41,358 bases of DNA from Candidatus Woesearchaeota archaeon (GTDB taxonomy: Archaea; Nanobdellota; Nanobdellia; Pacearchaeales; GW2011-AR1): positions 1 through 41,358 of the forward strand of contig CAZEOE010000001.1 in NCBI GenBank assembly GCA_964513665.1. Direction: 5' to 3'. The notes beneath the pieces were generated by a model that saw nothing but the letters and a program-made list of their open reading frames with translations, searched no databases and was not told the origin of the DNA. The position numbers were made by a program, and so were the translations under genes. How positions within the stretch are numbered: position 1 is the stretch's first letter; each line of letters starts with the position of its first letter. Below, in pieces: positions 1 to 8,196 of the stretch.

Positions 1-74
1 CCCGAAGTAATTTATAAATGTTTTTAAATGGTTATTATCATCATTAGCCAAGGGTGCGTAGTTAAGTAATAAAG

Positions 75-82
75 TATATATA
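75..82 (+). promoter_or_regulatory. TATA box for CDS 103..1182
   Basis: tatatata ends 20 nt before the ATG at 103. The same TATA-to-start spacing recurs at more than 20 genes in this window. Confidence 0.5.
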
Positions 83-102
83 GAACCCTATTTTAACACA
101 TT

Positions 103-1182
103 ATGCTATACAAAGAGGTTGAAGAAAGAAGAAGAAAGTTAATAGAATTTATAAGGAAAAATCCTCAAACAACACATAAGGAGATAAAAAAGAAGCTTCA
201 CTTAAAGGTAGAAAAAATTTATCCTAAGGGTATGGGGGAAGCTTTCAAAGAAGCAGGTGTTAGAGCACCTAGGACATTTAAGATTAAAACAAAGGAAGAA
301 AAAATAGACATTCTGTTAAGTTATATTCGCAAAAATCCAAGGTCTAGGGGACACACAATAAAAAAACACACAAAAATAAATTTTCAGACGATATTTAAGA
401 ACACGGAAGAATTATTCAAAGTGGCAGGCGTGGAATATTCTAGAAAAATGGATAATAGAACGAGAGAACAAAAGAAAAAAGAAATAATTAACCTAATAAA
501 AGCTAAACCTTTAGTAACAATAGAAGAGATGATGAGTTTAACTTCAACAAATTTTTACAATTTTTTTGACAATATCGAAGAAGCATATAATCTGGCAGGA
601 GTTAAACCAACAAAAGGCCATTTAAAAAGAAGAATAAAGAAAATAAAAGAAGTCACCGACTTTATTAAGCAAAATCCAACAGCTACGCAAAGAGAGATAA
701 ATCTAAGATGTAAAACGCATATACAGTTATTATTTAAAGAAGGTATATTTCAAGCCTATAGGGAAGCAGGGGTACGATACCCCTACGAAAGAATTACTCT
801 TTATGGTTCAGCCATAAAATCAATAAAAACTAGAGCGAAAGAATTTGAAGATAGAATTGCAATGAAATTATCTGGATATGGTTTAGTCAACCGTTTAGTA
901 AAAACAAATAGAGGTTTCGCAGATATTATTTTTGAAAGAAATGGAAAACTGGCGATAATTGAAATAAAAGACTACTTGGCGAAAGAAGTGTCACAAACAG
1001 ATATAAAGCAACTAAACAAATATCTTGAAGACAGGAGTTGCGAAATAGGTATTCTTATTTGCCACAAGAAACCAAAAAAAGATAGATTTTTAATCGGTGA
1101 AAATAGAATCTTTTTGGTGGAGGAAGGGGAGTTAAGCAAAATTCCTCTAATATTAGACAAGGGTCTGTATTTCAATGGTTAG
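103..1182 (+). CDS. Nuclease with four homing-endonuclease-type repeats and a C-terminal PD-(D/E)xK (Mrr-like) domain
   Basis: Four ~56-aa modules each end in AGV (EAFKEAGV, ELFKVAGV, EAYNLAGV, QAYREAGV). The C-terminus carries FEDRI...GFADIIF...AIIEIKD, an E/D/ExK pattern. The last 22 nt overlap tRNA-Trp. Confidence 0.7.
   Translation: MLYKEVEERRRKLIEFIRKNPQTTHKEIKKKLHLKVEKIYPKGMGEAFKEAGVRAPRTFKIKTKEEKIDILLSYIRKNPRSRGHTIKKHTKINFQTIFKNTEELFKVAGVEYSRKMDNRTREQKKKEIINLIKAKPLVTIEEMMSLTSTNFYNFFDNIEEAYNLAGVKPTKGHLKRRIKKIKEVTDFIKQNPTATQREINLRCKTHIQLLFKEGIFQAYREAGVRYPYERITLYGSAIKSIKTRAKEFEDRIAMKLSGYGLVNRLVKTNRGFADIIFERNGKLAIIEIKDYLAKEVSQTDIKQLNKYLEDRSCEIGILICHKKPKKDRFLIGENRIFLVEEGELSKIPLILDKGLYFNG
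115..786 (+). repeat. Four tandem ~56-codon coding repeats inside CDS 103..1182
   Basis: Manual alignment of residues 5-56, 62-113, 118-169 and 172-226. The shared pattern is a basic helix, (I/L)xxNP, then xxEAxxxAGV. Confidence 0.7.
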
Positions 1183-1232
1183 AATATCTGCCTCCAGAGC
1201 AGCAGATGGGGGTTCGATTCCCTCCAGGCCCA
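1161..1232 (+). tRNA. tRNA-Trp (anticodon CCA), no intron, CCA not encoded
   Basis: Hand-folded cloverleaf. Acceptor GGGTCTG/CAGGCCC, U8, GG in the D-loop, anticodon loop CTCCAGA, T-arm GGGGG-TTCGATT-CCCTC, discriminator A. There is one mismatch in the D stem and one in the anticodon stem. Confidence 0.8.
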
Positions 1233-1413
1233 TAAATGAATCGAACTTAGCGAGATTCATTACATGTAGTGTCGCATCTACGGGAAAAAAGATTGCGCAC
1301 AATCTAAAAGTAGTTTTCTCAACTCATAGAATATCCCTCTCTAAAAGAGCTTGTATTTCTGTTTTCCTCCGGCCAAGTTCGATAACAGCTAAGATAAAAA
1401 CTACTTTTTATCT

Positions 1414-1421
1414 TTTATAAA
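1414..1421 (+). promoter_or_regulatory. Palindromic TATA box TTTATAAA
   Basis: Exact consensus octamer, 21 nt upstream of an in-frame TTG at 1443. Confidence 0.45.
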
Positions 1422-1442
1422 ACTCAAATAATATTGAACATC

Positions 1443-1604
1443 TTGTTTAACTCTAATAAAATATTTAATCTATTAAATTATAAAATTTTATGGATAATCT
1501 TAGGAATTTTAATCGTATTAATCATTATCATAGCAATAGGAAAAGCTTTCGAGCCAATAATTGATGCTCTAAATCCAATTAATATTGCAAGAGGCTTCAA
1601 ATAA
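1443..1604 (+). CDS. Small single-pass membrane protein (53 aa, TTG start)
   Basis: ORF below the track cutoff: (M)FNSNKIFNLLNYKILWIILGILIVLIIIIAIGKAFEPIIDALNPINIARGFK. It has a strong TM helix, and the TTG sits at the canonical 21-nt distance from a consensus TATA. Confidence 0.45.
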   Translation: MFNSNKIFNLLNYKILWIILGILIVLIIIIAIGKAFEPIIDALNPINIARGFK

Positions 1605-1732
1605 TCTGAAGCAAAGAAATAAATATTCTAACCTCTTCAGTAAAGTGGTGCTAGCCAGATACCGGCAGACGGGTTAGTTAAATGGCGTTCTCGCATGAGG
1701 AAACTTAAGTGTTTCAAGTTGACCAGCCAAAT

Positions 1733-2653
1733 TTAATCGAAAGATATTATCTCATAGGAGTTAATCAAATTTGGGAATTTGCTTCTAATCTCATACAGAG
1801 TTTTTTTTAGTTCCAAACTATTTTTACAATGAATGTTTAGAATTAAATTAAAATGGCCTAGACACTTTGAGTATCTAATTATTTGATTATTTTCTGAACA
1901 ATATTTTATGAGCTGTTTCAATTGATCTTGAGAGGTAGCTGTATTGAATAAACAAAGATATTCTGAATAACCTAGTAATTTAATATTCAATATAGGTACG
2001 CATCCTAGTAGAACTCCTTCAGATATCAATCTAACGTACTTGGATTTTATTGTATCATAAGTTCTATGGAGTTTGTTAGCTATTTCTAAAAGAGAAGCTC
2101 TTGGCGATTTTTTTAGAGATTCAAAAACATCTACTTCATCTTCCTTCAAATCTGGAGATTTTCCTGATCCATATTTTAATGAACTTCTTTTTGGATTATC
2201 GTAGAGGTAATCATGTCCAAAAACTTCTCCCTCATAATCAATATAAAAATTATATTCTTTTATGTGAGATCCACATATTGAAAAGAACTTTTCCAAAACA
2301 ATACTAAAGGATGTAATATCTTTCTCAATAATAACTACAATAATATCCCATCGGCCATCTATCGCCTTAACCCAAGAAACTTGAGGAATGCTTTTCATTT
2401 TTTTTATTAATTGTTCTACTTCTTCAAATAAAATATCATTAAACTTTATTAGAAGACCAAATGAAATCTTTCCTAAAATTATCTGATTAGACACATAAGA
2501 ATATCCTGAAATTATTCCATTTTTTTCGAGTCGCTCAATTCTATAATTTACAAGAACTTTGTTTGATTTGGTTTTTCTCGCAATGCTGGCGTTGCTTTGC
2601 CTGCTATCAAATTCTAACTGCTGTAAAATTTCTCTATCTAGTTTATCTAACAT
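1733..2653 (-). CDS. Tandem (duplicated) Lrp/AsnC-family transcriptional regulator
   Basis: Two HTH_AsnC-like segments (LDREILQQLEFDSRQSNASIARKT...RIERLEKNGII and DVFESLKKSPRASLLEIANKL...VRLISEGVL), each followed by an RAM-like half. tatataaa lies 21 nt upstream of the start. Confidence 0.75.
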   Translation of the reverse strand: MLDKLDREILQQLEFDSRQSNASIARKTKSNKVLVNYRIERLEKNGIISGYSYVSNQIILGKISFGLLIKFNDILFEEVEQLIKKMKSIPQVSWVKAIDGRWDIIVVIIEKDITSFSIVLEKFFSICGSHIKEYNFYIDYEGEVFGHDYLYDNPKRSSLKYGSGKSPDLKEDEVDVFESLKKSPRASLLEIANKLHRTYDTIKSKYVRLISEGVLLGCVPILNIKLLGYSEYLCLFNTATSQDQLKQLIKYCSENNQIIRYSKCLGHFNLILNIHCKNSLELKKTLYEIRSKFPNLINSYEIISFD

Positions 2654-2746
2654 ATATTACATTATTCTAATTATTATATAAATCTTCCGAATAAAGTAAT
2701 ATATTCTAATGGGAAAGTCTAAATATTATATCTATTTATGACTTGT

Positions 2747-3724
2747 ATGAAAAAAATAAAATATGGGATAATCGGATGTGGAAAGCACGCGTTGTATTCA
2801 CACGCAATGCCTTCTAAGAAGATGAAAAACTTTGAGTTAACTATAGTTTGCGATACATCTCTTGAATCCATGAATAATTTTGAAAAAATTTATGGAAAGA
2901 AACTAATGAAGACATCTGATAGAAAAGAATTCTTTTCAAGCGATATTAAAGCTGTCTTTGTAGGAACACCTGATGAATTTCATTATAAGGATTTAATTGA
3001 TAGCATAAATGCCAGAAAACATGTTTTAGTTGAAAAGCCATTGGCAACAAAAGTAAATGAGTTGGAGGGATTAAAGAGAGCTTTGTTGGATGCAAAAAAT
3101 AAAGGAATAATTGTTACAAGTTGCCATCCTAGAAGATATGATCCTCCTTTTTTATGGTTAAAGAAAAATATTCCGATTTTTAAGAAAGAGTATGGTGAGG
3201 TTATCAGTTTCATATTTGATTTTTCGTACCATCAAACTTCAAGAGCATGGAAACATTCTAGGGGACTATTGTTAGATCATGGAAATCACGAAGTAGATTT
3301 AATGAATTACTTACTTGAGGTGTCTGGATTTAAGGCCTTTAAACTTAGAGATGAACATGACATTTACAAAGTTGTTGGAAGAAGAAACGACGGGATTGAT
3401 TTTTCCTTTAGTGGGACTAGAAGGTTGAAATCTAAAGTTTACAGAGAAAAAGCAATAATTCGTTTTGAACGCGGTGAAATTTTATTAGAATCTGACTTAG
3501 GCAGAGCTATCTTACGAGATCATGAAACTGGAAAGTTAAAGGATATTAAGGTTGAAAAAACAGACTACGAGGAAAGAGGGAGAAAAACAATGGCCAACTT
3601 TGCCAGATCTATCTTAGGCAAGGAAAAAGTATATTTGTCTTCTCAAGACCTATATGTGAATACTGCTTTTTCTGTTGTGTTAACAGATAAGGAGGAATGG
3701 AACTACAATGATAGAAGTAATTAG
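2747..3724 (+). CDS. Gfo/Idh/MocA-family NAD(P)-dependent oxidoreductase
   Basis: N-terminal Rossmann motif KYGIIGCGKHA and the family signature VLVEKPLA. The ORF is open from 2738, but the TATA spacing favours the ATG at 2747 (MKKIKYG). Confidence 0.75.
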   Translation: MKKIKYGIIGCGKHALYSHAMPSKKMKNFELTIVCDTSLESMNNFEKIYGKKLMKTSDRKEFFSSDIKAVFVGTPDEFHYKDLIDSINARKHVLVEKPLATKVNELEGLKRALLDAKNKGIIVTSCHPRRYDPPFLWLKKNIPIFKKEYGEVISFIFDFSYHQTSRAWKHSRGLLLDHGNHEVDLMNYLLEVSGFKAFKLRDEHDIYKVVGRRNDGIDFSFSGTRRLKSKVYREKAIIRFERGEILLESDLGRAILRDHETGKLKDIKVEKTDYEERGRKTMANFARSILGKEKVYLSSQDLYVNTAFSVVLTDKEEWNYNDRSN

Positions 3725-3965
3725 AGAAGGGAATCGAGACAAAGCGGGATGCAACAGCTGCGGCAGTCTATTGAGATATGAAACAGTTGCTATAATTAGA
3801 AGACTAGATTATAGCCTTGCTGATGAGTTTTGGGGAGATGATCATTATTACATAAGTTGTCCTTGCGGGAATGAAATAGAAGTTACAAGAAATATATCCT
3901 CATTTGTTGCTGAAAGAGTCAAAGGACATGAAAAGGCAAGAGAATTAGATGATTTTGATGTGTGA
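3708..3965 (+). CDS. Small zinc-ribbon-like hypothetical protein
   Basis: CNSCG ... CPCG cysteine pairs. It overlaps the upstream gene by 17 nt, an operon-like arrangement. Confidence 0.55.
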   Translation: MIEVIREGNRDKAGCNSCGSLLRYETVAIIRRLDYSLADEFWGDDHYYISCPCGNEIEVTRNISSFVAERVKGHEKARELDDFDV

Positions 3966-4004
3966 TAACATGCTATTTTTAAATATCCAATTCTTAATTA
4001 TAAG

Positions 4005-4565
4005 ATGATTATTACTATAACTGGGCCAAGATCTGTAGGAAAATCTACAATATCTAAATTAGTTGCTCGAAAATTAAGAATGAAATGGGTTTCTTCTGAC
4101 GAAATTGGTGAGAAGGCAATGAAAAAACATGGAGGATTGGATAAAGCAATAAAATCAGGGGTTATAAAAAAATTCATCAAGGGAAGTGCTTATAGTCTTA
4201 TTAGAGCAGAGTATAAAAAAGATAATTTTGTTTTTGATTTATCTGGAGGATCGATAACCTCTGAAAAATTTCCGGAAGCGAGTGAAAAGGTAAGAAAGAT
4301 TACGGTGAAGAAGTCTATTGTGGTTGGATTATTGCCTTATAAAGACGAAAAGAAATCTATAAAACATTTATTCTCTAGGGAACAAAAAAGAAAACATTTC
4401 AAAGGGATGGATAAGAAAGAGCTAATGGAGAAGACAAAGAGGAGTTATCCGAGGTTTCCAAGAGTATTCAAAGATATTTGTGATTTTGTGGTTTATACAG
4501 AAAAAAGAAAACCAAAAGAGATTGCTGAAGAAATTGTTAAGAAAATAGAAATTTGTAAGCAGTAG
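4005..4565 (+). CDS. P-loop NTPase / nucleotide or shikimate kinase-like protein
   Basis: Walker A motif ITITGPRSVGKST at the N-terminus, with a size typical of small kinases. tttaaata lies upstream. Confidence 0.6.
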   Translation: MIITITGPRSVGKSTISKLVARKLRMKWVSSDEIGEKAMKKHGGLDKAIKSGVIKKFIKGSAYSLIRAEYKKDNFVFDLSGGSITSEKFPEASEKVRKITVKKSIVVGLLPYKDEKKSIKHLFSREQKRKHFKGMDKKELMEKTKRSYPRFPRVFKDICDFVVYTEKRKPKEIAEEIVKKIEICKQ

Positions 4566-4628
4566 TTTTCCGGTTTTTTAATTCTCTAACGAACTTTTTT
4601 CACCAATGGTTCCCACAAAGTGCAGTAT

Positions 4629-5321
4629 TCAAAAGCTGGAACTCACAGCCAGTTTCTTCAGAATTTCTATCTCATCAAATGACACAGATGCACCCTTAAA
4701 CTTAGTCGCATACAAACCCGCCTCGAGGGCTTTCGGATCATGTATATTCAAAACTCCAAGTTTGAATGCAACATAGACAATTTCAGTCGATCTTATAAAC
4801 CTATACTTAGAAAAATACTTGACCTTTGACTTATCTATCTTTATTTTTGTGTGCATTCTTTCAGACATTGATCTTACAAGTGAATCAATATCCTCTCCCA
4901 TAACTCTAGTTGTCCTTTCATCTACACCTATAATATTTTCTACTCCTTTTTCTCTAAGCAAATCGCTAAGCGCAAGGCACGACATTTCAGCACTGCTCAC
5001 GATACTCACAAATTTTCCATTCGCAATAACGCACTGATTAGCAACAGACATTATCTCAGAAGTTCTTTTTTTTATGTCCGAATCGCTTACTTTAAATTTC
5101 TCAGGCATCTCAATTATTCCATCCTTAATAAGCTCAGAAATGGTTAGCGCTCCAAGTTCAAATCTTGGAATTCCGATTGGTTTGTCAAGAGTCTCATACT
5201 TAACATCTTTGGTTATCGCGAACCTTACACCAGTCAATTCCTTAAGATTCTTCAATACATATATCAGACCGTTCATGGACAAATTGATAAGCGGTCCGGA
5301 ATCAAGTATTGCGACTTTCAT
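4629..5321 (-). CDS. PIN-domain protein (DUF3368/COG2405-like) with a C-terminal extension
   Basis: N-terminal VAILDSGPLINL (D-S-x-P-L-I signature), later acidic residues (SSAEMS, GVDERT). Its start overlaps the upstream HTH gene by 4 nt. Confidence 0.55.
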   Translation of the reverse strand: MKVAILDSGPLINLSMNGLIYVLKNLKELTGVRFAITKDVKYETLDKPIGIPRFELGALTISELIKDGIIEMPEKFKVSDSDIKKRTSEIMSVANQCVIANGKFVSIVSSAEMSCLALSDLLREKGVENIIGVDERTTRVMGEDIDSLVRSMSERMHTKIKIDKSKVKYFSKYRFIRSTEIVYVAFKLGVLNIHDPKALEAGLYATKFKGASVSFDEIEILKKLAVSSSF

Positions 5322-5890
5322 GTCTTAAAAAACTCCATAGCTATAACAGCCCTTTTTTTAGTGTCCATTTTTCCAGTGTTTCCAGGATCTATATTTTTCT
5401 GTCCAACATATTCTCCAAGTTCCCACTGAGATATGCCTAAAAGTTGAGCAGTCTGGTGCAAAGAGATACCATGTTCATATATCTTAGAGCCTTTATTTAT
5501 ACACGCCTTTTTAACCAAATCAGATATGTAAATTTTATCTTTCTCAGATATTCCGGAAAGAGCCTCCCTAGCCTTAGACAGACTGTTTGCAAAGTCTTTG
5601 TGACTGCCATTCTTCAAAGACTTAGATGCAACGTTGAGCAGATTATTAAACTTCTCAACAAAACCATTCCAACCACTAAATCTTTCATAATCCTCTCTTT
5701 CTATCATCTTGCTTAGTACATAAGACAGTATAGATATAGTAATGCTTTCCGCATCCTGATGACTGCACGATCTATGAATTGTATTATCCGAGAGCTCTCT
5801 TAGTTTAAGCGCATCTTTCTCAAATAGCGCAACCTGTATTCCCTCAAGAACTTTAGATATATGTTTTACCTCTTCCTCATCTATATCCAT
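5318..5890 (-). CDS. HTH protein with a UPF0175-like antitoxin C-terminus and an extra N-terminal domain
   Basis: The C-terminal IYEHGISLHQTAQLLGISQWELGEYVGQKNI resembles the UPF0175 HTH. It appears translationally coupled to the PIN gene. Confidence 0.55.
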   Translation of the reverse strand: MDIDEEEVKHISKVLEGIQVALFEKDALKLRELSDNTIHRSCSHQDAESITISILSYVLSKMIEREDYERFSGWNGFVEKFNNLLNVASKSLKNGSHKDFANSLSKAREALSGISEKDKIYISDLVKKACINKGSKIYEHGISLHQTAQLLGISQWELGEYVGQKNIDPGNTGKMDTKKRAVIAMEFFKT

Positions 5891-5910
5891 CTGAAGAAAA
5901 GAACGACTAA

Positions 5911-5918
5911 TTATATAA
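5911..5918. promoter_or_regulatory. Shared central TATA (ttatataa) of a 50-bp divergent spacer
   Basis: Palindromic octamer 20 nt from the start at 5890 (minus) and 22 nt from the start at 5941 (plus). Confidence 0.5.
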
Positions 5919-5940
5919 ACCTTATTTAATCAGAATAAAT

Positions 5941-7644
5941 ATGGATACTTCACTTGCTTCAAGAACGTCATGGGATCTGTCAGTCCTTTTTACTTCCGAT
6001 TCAGATATTGAAATAGAAAAAAACATAAAAAACATCGAGAAATCCGCAAATGATTTTGTTATTAAATGGAAAAACCGTAACGACTATTTAGAATCTCCAG
6101 CATCTCTCTTGGAAGCATTAAATGATTTTGAAAAACTTACTGCATTATTTAGCGGAGATGGGAAATCAGGTTATTTTTTTTGGCTCAAAATACAACAAAA
6201 CCAGTCAGATACAACGGCAAAGGCAAAATTCAACTTAATAAATGATTTAATGACAAATTTATCAAACGATACACAATTTTTCAATCTTAATTTGTCAAGA
6301 GTTTCTCAGGCAAATCAGAAAATATTTCTAGATTCGGAATTACTTAAAGATTACAGGCATTTTCTTGAAAGGCAGTTTGAGAATGCAAAACACCTTCTAT
6401 CAGATAGTGAAGAAAAAATACTAAGTCTAAAAAATAAAACTTCATACGAAAATTGGAAGGAAATGATTTCATCACTGCTTTCAAAAGAACAGAGACAGAC
6501 ATTGATAAACGGGAAAACAGAGATAAAAAATTTTTCTGAGATAGAATCTCTGATTTCAAACACAGACAAAAGTATAAGGGATTCTGCAGGAGAGGCTATG
6601 CATGGCTTGCTTAAAGATTACGCGGACATGTCAGAACACGAACTAAACTCCATTCTAGAGAATAAAAAAATAAATGACTTGCTTAGGAAATTTTCTCGCC
6701 CAGATTCAAGCAGGATAATTTCAGACGATATAACTGAAGAAATTGTAGATTCCCTGATAGAGTCTATATCCTCAAAAAATGATATATCAAAGCAGTTTTA
6801 CCACTTAAAGTCAAGACTTCTCAAACTTAACAAGTTAAAATACCATGAAAGAAATGTTCCGATTGAAGGGATAAACAAGTCATTTCAGTTTACAGAAGCA
6901 ATCGAAATAGTTAAGTCAACATTTGAATCTCTGGATGATGAGTTTGCGGAAATATTTCAAGAGTTTATAGATTCAAGAAAGGTCGACGTTTTTCCAAAAC
7001 AAGGAAAGAGATCAGGCGCTTTTTGTGTGTGGGCTTCTCCGGACTTGCCAGTTTTTATAATGATAAACTACGACGGTTCAATAAAATCAATATTAACTAT
7101 AGCCCATGAATTCGGACATGCCATAAACGCTGAGCTTTCAAGGAAACAAAACGCGTTAAATTTCAATACACCAATATCTACTACTGAAGTCGCAAGTACG
7201 TTCATGGAGGATTTTGTTTTACAATCGCTTCTTAAAGAAGCAACAGACGAAGAAAAGTTATCTATTTACATGGAAAAACTTAATAACGACATAACTACAA
7301 TTTTCAGACAGATTGCCTGCTATAAATTCGAGTTAGACTTGCATACAGAATTTAGGAAAAAAGGATATATATCAAAAGAAGAAATAGGCTCCTTATTCTT
7401 GAAAAATATGCGGGAATATATGGGGGATTATGTGGAGTTTTCTCCAGGTAGCGAGAATTGGTGGGTTTATTGGAGCCACATAAGAAAGTATTTTTATGTC
7501 TATTCATACGCCTTTGGTCTTTTAATTTCTAAATTCCTTCAAGGGAGAGTAAGAGAAGACCCTTCATTTATTTTAAATGTAAAAGAGTTTATGTCATCTG
7601 GTTGTTCTCTTTCCCCAAGGAGATATTTCACAAGCTGGGAATAG
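5941..7644 (+). CDS. pepF: Oligoendopeptidase F (M3B metallopeptidase), reading frame interrupted near the 3' end
   Basis: HEFGH zinc motif (IAHEFGHAINAE) and M3B-like length. The normal C-terminus continues in another frame (see 7599..7742). Confidence 0.85.
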   Translation: MDTSLASRTSWDLSVLFTSDSDIEIEKNIKNIEKSANDFVIKWKNRNDYLESPASLLEALNDFEKLTALFSGDGKSGYFFWLKIQQNQSDTTAKAKFNLINDLMTNLSNDTQFFNLNLSRVSQANQKIFLDSELLKDYRHFLERQFENAKHLLSDSEEKILSLKNKTSYENWKEMISSLLSKEQRQTLINGKTEIKNFSEIESLISNTDKSIRDSAGEAMHGLLKDYADMSEHELNSILENKKINDLLRKFSRPDSSRIISDDITEEIVDSLIESISSKNDISKQFYHLKSRLLKLNKLKYHERNVPIEGINKSFQFTEAIEIVKSTFESLDDEFAEIFQEFIDSRKVDVFPKQGKRSGAFCVWASPDLPVFIMINYDGSIKSILTIAHEFGHAINAELSRKQNALNFNTPISTTEVASTFMEDFVLQSLLKEATDEEKLSIYMEKLNNDITTIFRQIACYKFELDLHTEFRKKGYISKEEIGSLFLKNMREYMGDYVEFSPGSENWWVYWSHIRKYFYVYSYAFGLLISKFLQGRVREDPSFILNVKEFMSSGCSLSPRRYFTSWE

Positions 7645-7742
7645 ATATTTCTAAAAAGTCTTTCTGGTACCAAGGTCTAAAAGAGGTTGAGGATCTTCTT
7701 TCAAAGGCAGAATCTCTGGCTATGAAGCTGAAAAACATTTAA
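7599..7742 (+). pseudogene. pepF: Displaced C-terminal segment of pepF
   Basis: Codons starting at 7614 (a frame offset by one from 5941..7644) read PKEIFHKLGIDISKKSFWYQGLKEVEDLLSKAESLAMKLKNI*, a typical PepF C-terminus. The switch point is at the cccc run 7613-7616. Confidence 0.7.
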
Positions 7743-7745
7743 ATA
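7738..7745 (+). promoter_or_regulatory. TATA box (tttaaata) for the PIN gene at 7767
   Basis: Ends 21 nt before the ATG. It overlaps the stop codon of the frame-corrected pepF. Confidence 0.5.
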
Positions 7746-7766
7746 CTTCTAAGACTACACTCAAGG

Positions 7767-8138
7767 ATGCAGGTTTTGTTAGACACGAATTTTATAATCT
7801 CCTGTTTGATGAAGAGGATAGACTTTATGGGCGAACTTGAGACTCTGGGTTTCAATGTTCTAGTTCCAAGAGAGGTAATGCAGGAACTTAAGGACCTAAG
7901 AACTAGCGATAAAACCTCAACACAGGAAAGAGAGATGGTAGATGTAGCTCTGAATCTTCTAAATTCAAAGAAGATAAAAAAGACAAAACTTGGCCATAGA
8001 AGTGTAGACCAAGGACTTATTCAAAAAGGACTGACAGGAATATATATAGCGACTCTAGATAGAGTTATAAAAAATAAGGTTCCAAACAAAGTAGTTATTT
8101 CGTCAGCGAAGAACTCACTCTCTATATTAAAAGATTAA
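7767..8138 (+). CDS. Fcf1/Utp24-like PIN-domain nuclease (archaeal rRNA-processing type)
   Basis: VLLDTNFI at the N-terminus, then VPREVMQEL and IATLDRVIK motifs. About 120 aa. Confidence 0.65.
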   Translation: MQVLLDTNFIISCLMKRIDFMGELETLGFNVLVPREVMQELKDLRTSDKTSTQEREMVDVALNLLNSKKIKKTKLGHRSVDQGLIQKGLTGIYIATLDRVIKNKVPNKVVISSAKNSLSILKD

Positions 8139-8196
8139 TAATATATTTATATGCCTAAATATTCAAATTCAAAACACTGAAAGGAGGGAAAAAATA

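Noticed and set aside
1175-1420. 81-aa track ORF downstream of the nuclease gene
   Set aside because: It starts inside tRNA-Trp and runs through the tRNA and a hairpin-rich spacer. It has no promoter at the canonical distance and no protein-like composition.
1645-1728. Relatively GC-rich island (gtggtgctagccagataccggcagacgggtt...gaccagcc), tested as a tRNA, split tRNA or 5S rRNA
   Set aside because: I tried both strands by hand. There is no complementary acceptor stem, no T-loop (GTTCRA) and no D-loop GG context. Only a loose resemblance to the 5S GAAGTTAAG region exists, and too little sequence follows it. It may simply be the 3' flank or terminator region of the convergent Lrp gene.
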